DNA of 47,001 nt, from positions 1 through 47,001 of the forward strand of contig JBHLPH010000016.1 in the NCBI GenBank assembly GCA_048939625.1. The letters run 5' to 3'. Below are positions 42,334-47,001 of this stretch, one piece after another (position 1 is the stretch's first letter; every line of letters begins with the position of its first letter). The notes beneath the pieces are model-generated. The model made no database searches, was not told the DNA's origin, and saw only the letters and a program-made list of their open reading frames with translations. The stretch comes from Promethearchaeota archaeon. GTDB taxonomy: Archaea > Asgardarchaeota > Hermodarchaeia > Hermodarchaeales > Hermodarchaeaceae. The translations under genes were made by a program, and so were the position numbers.

Positions 42334-43242
42334 GTGCCGAAAAACGAGAAGCATATTCATGAGCAACTGGGTTTGAAAGTTGTTGACAGCCATTCCCACT
42401 TTCTCCCTTATGCCACTTTTCAATCCTGGCAGGTAAGTTCAGACGCCGTACAGCGACGTATCCGAACCCGAACGGATATGACTAATGTGGAAATACCAAG
42501 TCAAGATGAGGATTTTGTGCAACGATGGATCAATGAGTTGGAACGATATGGAATCACAAGAATTGGAATGATGGTTGGTCCTGAAGCGTGGAACGAGTTT
42601 TCAGAAGCAATGAAACGGTTTCCGGGTAAATTCTATGGATACGCTAATATCAATCCCCTTTTACCCGATGCGGAAGAGCAAGCCCGGTTCGTTATTCGTG
42701 ACCTAGGCTTTCATGGTTACAAACTCTATCCAGTTCTTCATAATTTTCATACCTACGATGAAGAGGCATACAAAATCTACGAAATCGCTGATGAACTTAA
42801 TGTTCCTGTACTTCACCATTTTGGGATTTCGATTGGAGCAGGTGTGAATCTTCGGTATGGCAACCCTCTAGATTTGCAGCCTGCGGCTCGGGATTTTCCA
42901 CGCGTTCATTTCGGTATTGCACATCTTGGTGCAGGTATGTTTCGAGAAACGCTTCTTCTTTTTTACCAACAGGACAATATCTACGTGGATACTTCAGGAT
43001 CCAACGTCTGGATGCGATACATTCCCTACCCTTCGGATCTGAAAGCTGTTATGAAGCGAGCTCTTGAAGCGGGTGGGCCTGAACGAATTGTGTTTGGAAC
43101 TGACAGCTCAATGTTTCCTCGAGGATTTCGTTATGATATTCTTGACAAGCAGCTTCGTATCTTTAGGGAGCTAAATGTATCTTATGAGGATTTGGAGAAA
43201 ATCTTCAACACGAATATCAGAAGAATTATGGGTGAACACTGA
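42334..43242 (+). CDS. Amidohydrolase-2 family metal-dependent hydrolase
   Basis: DSHSH, G.KL.P, PVL.H.G, AHLG, N.Y.DTS, RI.FGTD, N..R. Confidence 0.9.
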   Translation: MPKNEKHIHEQLGLKVVDSHSHFLPYATFQSWQVSSDAVQRRIRTRTDMTNVEIPSQDEDFVQRWINELERYGITRIGMMVGPEAWNEFSEAMKRFPGKFYGYANINPLLPDAEEQARFVIRDLGFHGYKLYPVLHNFHTYDEEAYKIYEIADELNVPVLHHFGISIGAGVNLRYGNPLDLQPAARDFPRVHFGIAHLGAGMFRETLLLFYQQDNIYVDTSGSNVWMRYIPYPSDLKAVMKRALEAGGPERIVFGTDSSMFPRGFRYDILDKQLRIFRELNVSYEDLEKIFNTNIRRIMGEH

Positions 43243-43244
43243 AC

Positions 43245-43775
43245 TCACTTGTCTGATTCCTTCTTTGCTTCAGATTCTTCGTCACGAGGGTGCTGGCGTT
43301 TGAGTGGTTTTTTTGAATCAATACTGTAAATGGCTTTGATATAGAGGTGCCCCTCACATCTGGGACATGGACCAATTTCTCGGAAAATGTGATCTCCGGC
43401 CTCTAGAGGACCCTCTGTTTCAACGTCACATTCGTCACATGCGATAAGGCGTCGAACTTCGGCAAATTCAAGTTTTGTTGAAACACGCGTTCTACGGTAG
43501 ATAAGAATAAGGAAGATAACTAAAAAAACTAAACCGATTCCCCAGAGGACCAGATTGAAAGGGGGGAGTTGGAAGAATCCCCACAATAAGAAAACGACGA
43601 ATAGGGTAATAAGTAGGGCCCACCAGAATCGCTGACCTGTACCACCTGCAGTTAATTCTGGACCGGGTTCACCAGCAGCACGAGTTTTCGTCAAATCTAT
43701 CGACTCCGATTTATCTGAGTAATTTCTGAAGAGCTGTAACCAGTTCTCCTTCAATGGCTTCAGATGTCGGTTCAT
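43245..43775 (-). CDS. Two-TM membrane protein with C-terminal zinc ribbon
   Basis: Two hydrophobic helices, then C..C......GD.IF...G.CP.C.G...I.AIY. Confidence 0.75.
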   Translation of the reverse strand: MNRHLKPLKENWLQLFRNYSDKSESIDLTKTRAAGEPGPELTAGGTGQRFWWALLITLFVVFLLWGFFQLPPFNLVLWGIGLVFLVIFLILIYRRTRVSTKLEFAEVRRLIACDECDVETEGPLEAGDHIFREIGPCPRCEGHLYIKAIYSIDSKKPLKRQHPRDEESEAKKESDK

Positions 43776-45145
43776 TATTTAGGTTTGCGCATTCGTTGAA
43801 TAAATGAGAGTGTCTCCTCAATTTCTCGTTCCCTTGCCTCGATTAGTGGCCACATGCTCAGTCCGACCCCTTCACCCGAGATTTCAGCGAATAAATCGAT
43901 GAAGAGACCAACTTGATAGGCATACATATTTGAGACCGTTTGAGATGGGCGTCCATGCTTGATGTGAAATTCAACCATGGCATAATTGCTCCATCGACGG
44001 TAGGTTTCATTTTGCCAAAGTGTTGCAGCATCGAGAGGAAAGTGCATTAGGGCATTCTTTTTGCCAACGTTTGGAAAAAGAAAGGGTGCTTGGAATGGAT
44101 TTTGAACATTCCATTCAATGTGGAGTAGATCCTGGGTTTTGAGAGGGTGTAATTTGCAGGGAAGAGCCCAGTAATCCCGTCGCACCTCAGGTGTGGCAAG
44201 ATCATAGGAATGCCATTTTTTCGGCACAAACAATGTGATAGGACTAGTAGTGCCTTGAAGATTATCGATATGGCTTATACGCCGATCGCTAGGAACCTCT
44301 TGATAATGATAGCTTCCACCATAGGCTTTGGTCATGTAGTCTGCCATGGGATTGAAATCATCAGGAGTAATTTGCAGATCATCACTGTCCCAATTGATGA
44401 AGGAGCGAATTATGTGACCAGGACGTTTGCCTTTGAGTAGAGGTCTTGCCCCATAATCGGCATTGAATGACACAATGAGCGGCTCGAAGGTCTTGCCTTT
44501 TTTCCTTACTATTACATACACGGGCTCATAATCATAGAGATGTCGAGGAAGCAACTGAATAGGCCAATATGCAAAATACTGGATGCAATACACATTCTTA
44601 TCTGCGGGATCGTGGCTTACTCGATATTTGATCACACATGTTGGCGTATTTTCAGAAGGAAAGATGCTTGAAAAGAGATTACGTACATACTCTAGGAATT
44701 GTTCAGAATATTCTGAACGAAGTCTTTCACGGATTCGGTCTAATACGCCATGCATCTCTTTATCCCAGGGGATATCACTATCGGGTAAAGCTACACCTAG
44801 CACAGCAAGTTTGGCTCCATTGAGGTTTTCTGGAAATTCGCCGAGGCAAAAGAGGAATAGCGTGTCTACGATGCCTGCGAAATCACCACCACGAACCCGT
44901 TTTCGTAAAGAAGCTAACCTTCCAGTGTCTTCTATAAGACCTAGATTTTTTGCGAGGTCGGCTTGTTCTTCTCGAATAAGGAGGGGATCAACATAAAGTA
45001 TAGGACAGAACTGTTGAGCAAGCCGATGGTCTTCATCTGAGGGTTTATCCAATGCGGGATTGAAATCAGATAAAGGAAACGCCTTCTTCCACCGATTCGT
45101 GATTTGTTCTGATGAGTTCATAATTTTAGTCTCCTGCGTTAGCAC
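43775..45145 (-). CDS. Hypothetical protein with Vps62/NPP1-like motifs
   Basis: LA.QF.PIL, YRV......IQYF.YWP....H..DYEPV.V, H.Y. Confidence 0.6.
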   Translation of the reverse strand: MLTQETKIMNSSEQITNRWKKAFPLSDFNPALDKPSDEDHRLAQQFCPILYVDPLLIREEQADLAKNLGLIEDTGRLASLRKRVRGGDFAGIVDTLFLFCLGEFPENLNGAKLAVLGVALPDSDIPWDKEMHGVLDRIRERLRSEYSEQFLEYVRNLFSSIFPSENTPTCVIKYRVSHDPADKNVYCIQYFAYWPIQLLPRHLYDYEPVYVIVRKKGKTFEPLIVSFNADYGARPLLKGKRPGHIIRSFINWDSDDLQITPDDFNPMADYMTKAYGGSYHYQEVPSDRRISHIDNLQGTTSPITLFVPKKWHSYDLATPEVRRDYWALPCKLHPLKTQDLLHIEWNVQNPFQAPFLFPNVGKKNALMHFPLDAATLWQNETYRRWSNYAMVEFHIKHGRPSQTVSNMYAYQVGLFIDLFAEISGEGVGLSMWPLIEAREREIEETLSFIQRMRKPK

Positions 45146-45238
45146 TCGTGAATAGCATATGACCGAGTTATTATCTACTTTTGGGTATAATTTCTCACCT
45201 TCTAATCACGGATAGAGAAGATTTTATTTCAACTTGTA

Positions 45239-46195
45239 GTGATATCTGGCATTGTGACAGAAATTTCCATCGAGCGAATTAACCCGAAGGCAGATGTCCC
45301 AGATCTGGTTGCCTTGAATCGGAAAGATTCAGAAACCAGTGAAACAAGCAACCCTGAGGAATGGCAGCATTTATCACGTATGGAACTGTGGCAGCAAGGA
45401 GGACCGTGGCTCGACCGACAAACCTTAGCGCTTCATTTAGATGTCATGGAAGAAGCCGGTGGAATAATCCTCATTGCTCGAACACCAGACATGCTTGTAG
45501 GTGAACTAGAACTTCTAATTGAAAACCAAACAGAACGCAGCCCCCAGGCTTTCATTGCCTGGATGGTTGTACACCCGGGATTTCGACACCAAGGTATTGG
45601 TACACAAATGATTACCAATGCAGCTACAATTGCCCGAAGTCAGGGTTGTAACCAGCTCTTCACTACTGCTGAAAACGCGGAAGCCACCCAGTTTTTCGAG
45701 GCAAATGATTTTCAAACCATTGATCAAGAAGCACAATTTTCAAAAACCCTCAAACCGTTTCGAAAGCCCCCGCCATTTGGTGTTCAACAGATTGCGTTGC
45801 ATTGGAAGCAACGTGAACATACTCCAATGGGCTTTGTGCCGCGCATCGGGATAAATTACACTTCAGAATACATCTGGAGTTACCTGCGGCATACAGATCA
45901 CTTGTATAGTATGCTTGGAGTCGATGTGCCAAGACCCCAATTATGGTTATTACGACAAGGCGAGAAGGAAGCCCTCACCGTTGATTATCCCTTTTTGCGA
46001 ATATGGGTAGATGAAAAAAATGCTCAAGATATCGAATTCCTAACTTCTGTCCTGACGATTACAGAATATCTTAGCTGGAAAAATGGAGTAACCCAGTTAT
46101 CAGCGTTCTCACATCAAGCTCAATATGATTTCTTCACCGAGAGAGGTTATCAACTGAAACAGGAACATCCGTTCCTAACCCGATCACTGTCCTAA
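45239..46195 (+). CDS. GNAT-family acetyltransferase (second degenerate GNAT domain)
   Basis: V.P.FRHQGIG acetyl-CoA motif, FF...F, C-terminal FF..RGY. Confidence 0.85.
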   Translation: MISGIVTEISIERINPKADVPDLVALNRKDSETSETSNPEEWQHLSRMELWQQGGPWLDRQTLALHLDVMEEAGGIILIARTPDMLVGELELLIENQTERSPQAFIAWMVVHPGFRHQGIGTQMITNAATIARSQGCNQLFTTAENAEATQFFEANDFQTIDQEAQFSKTLKPFRKPPPFGVQQIALHWKQREHTPMGFVPRIGINYTSEYIWSYLRHTDHLYSMLGVDVPRPQLWLLRQGEKEALTVDYPFLRIWVDEKNAQDIEFLTSVLTITEYLSWKNGVTQLSAFSHQAQYDFFTERGYQLKQEHPFLTRSLS

Positions 46196-47001
46196 TCGGA
46201 ATGAATAATTCGACCATTTACCATACGGTATTGATGCTCCGATGCAGATAGAACAGCAGTCTGATGGCTCACGACAATGATTTGCTGGAAAGTTCGAGAT
46301 AATTCATCTTGAAGGAGCCGGATGATATTATCACGACGTTGGATATCTGAACCACCAAAGGGCTCATCCAAAAGTAAAAACTGTGGAGCTGTTCCTCGAC
46401 CTTGCGGGAGAAGAGCAATTGCAAAGCCCAACCGTAGGGCGAGGAGAAATTGATCCTCGGTTCCTCCACTGTAGAGATTGGCTTCCACGTATTCTCCAGC
46501 CGTTGAAGAATACACTTTGAGGCTATAATCTTCACTCAGTTTTGGAAATCGATACTTACCATCTGTTATTGCTGCTAATAATCGCTCCATGACACTTACA
46601 ACACGAGGGCGAACTTGTTCCCGACCTCTCTCAGCAACCTCACGAATGAGCTCAATGATGAGTTGACCTGTTTTGATGGTTTCATCTAATTGTGCGACTT
46701 CATGTTCCTTTTGTTCGAACTCGTCAACAATGCCCTCATTATCCTTTAGTAACATTGTGAGTTCATCGATTCTGTCAACTGTGGTTTTTCGAGTGGTCTG
46801 TAAACGTACCTTGTCTTCCCGCATCTCTCGGACTTTTTGGTCGAGTTCTTCAAAAAGCGCATCTGAATACACGCCCAGTTCTTCTGGTAAGCTAGGAAAA
46901 TCAAGAGAGGAAAGTTCCTCATTTAAGTTGGAGATATCCGCTTTAGTCTGAGATAGATCGCTTTCAGCTTCAGTTAATCCAGTTATTTGTTCCTCTATTG
47001 A
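46192..47001 (-). CDS. SMC/Rad50-family ATPase, C-terminal part (runs off the window)
   Basis: Frame stays open to 47001. Coiled coil, then YSGG..DQ..LALRL, LLDEPFG..D..R, Q.I.VSH. Confidence 0.9.
   Translation of the reverse strand, partial: SIEEQITGLTEAESDLSQTKADISNLNEELSSLDFPSLPEELGVYSDALFEELDQKVREMREDKVRLQTTRKTTVDRIDELTMLLKDNEGIVDEFEQKEHEVAQLDETIKTGQLIIELIREVAERGREQVRPRVVSVMERLLAAITDGKYRFPKLSEDYSLKVYSSTAGEYVEANLYSGGTEDQFLLALRLGFAIALLPQGRGTAPQFLLLDEPFGGSDIQRRDNIIRLLQDELSRTFQQIIVVSHQTAVLSASEHQYRMVNGRIIHSD

Noticed and set aside
46192-46872. Complete 226 aa ABC-ATPase gene as listed in the ORF track
   Set aside because: The frame remains open to the window edge; it is the C-terminal part of a longer SMC/Rad50-like gene.
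219-46951. The many 60-137 aa ORFs overlapping or antisense to the called genes (e.g. 219-503, 3621-3881, 7497-7907, 20574-20948, 32755-33126, 44583-44996)
   Set aside because: They lie within well-supported genes and have shadow-frame composition with no family motifs.
1-47001. CRISPR array, rRNA, transposase, integrase or prophage
   Set aside because: No regularly spaced repeats, rRNA-like tracts or mobile-element motifs were seen; the intein is the only mobile element.

Overview
Gene-dense archaeal chromosomal window, almost certainly from an Asgard archaeon. It combines archaeal information genes (LeuRS, PolB1, TFB, ABCE1, two CCA-encoding tRNA-Arg genes) with many eukaryotic-signature genes. 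Positions 1-6352 hold a ubiquitin-ESCRT supercluster: a probable Vps25 3' end, EAP30 (Vps22/36), an apparently free-standing Vps28 C-terminal domain, Vps28, UEV-Vps23, RING E3, ubiquitin, E2, E1 and a Yip1 protein. Next come leuS with a structured upstream region, a NikR-type regulator with a Zn/Mn ABC transporter, and PolB1 carrying a LAGLIDADG intein at an AE|SVT site. The best candidate for an undescribed system is at 22.8-26.4 kb: two tandem, degenerate and oppositely charged actin-related proteins linked to three small coiled-coil proteins, one polyproline-headed and one with arcadin-2-like architecture. A cytosolic mu-homology-like beta-sandwich protein lies nearby. Also notable are a metal-less aminopeptidase P whose substitutions match the FACT Spt16 N-domain, a queuosine-salvage-like Fe-S protein, a ThrRS without an editing domain and a Vps62-like protein. 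No CRISPR array, rRNA, transposase or prophage was seen. All family calls are by-eye motif recognition against remembered sequences; no searches were run.
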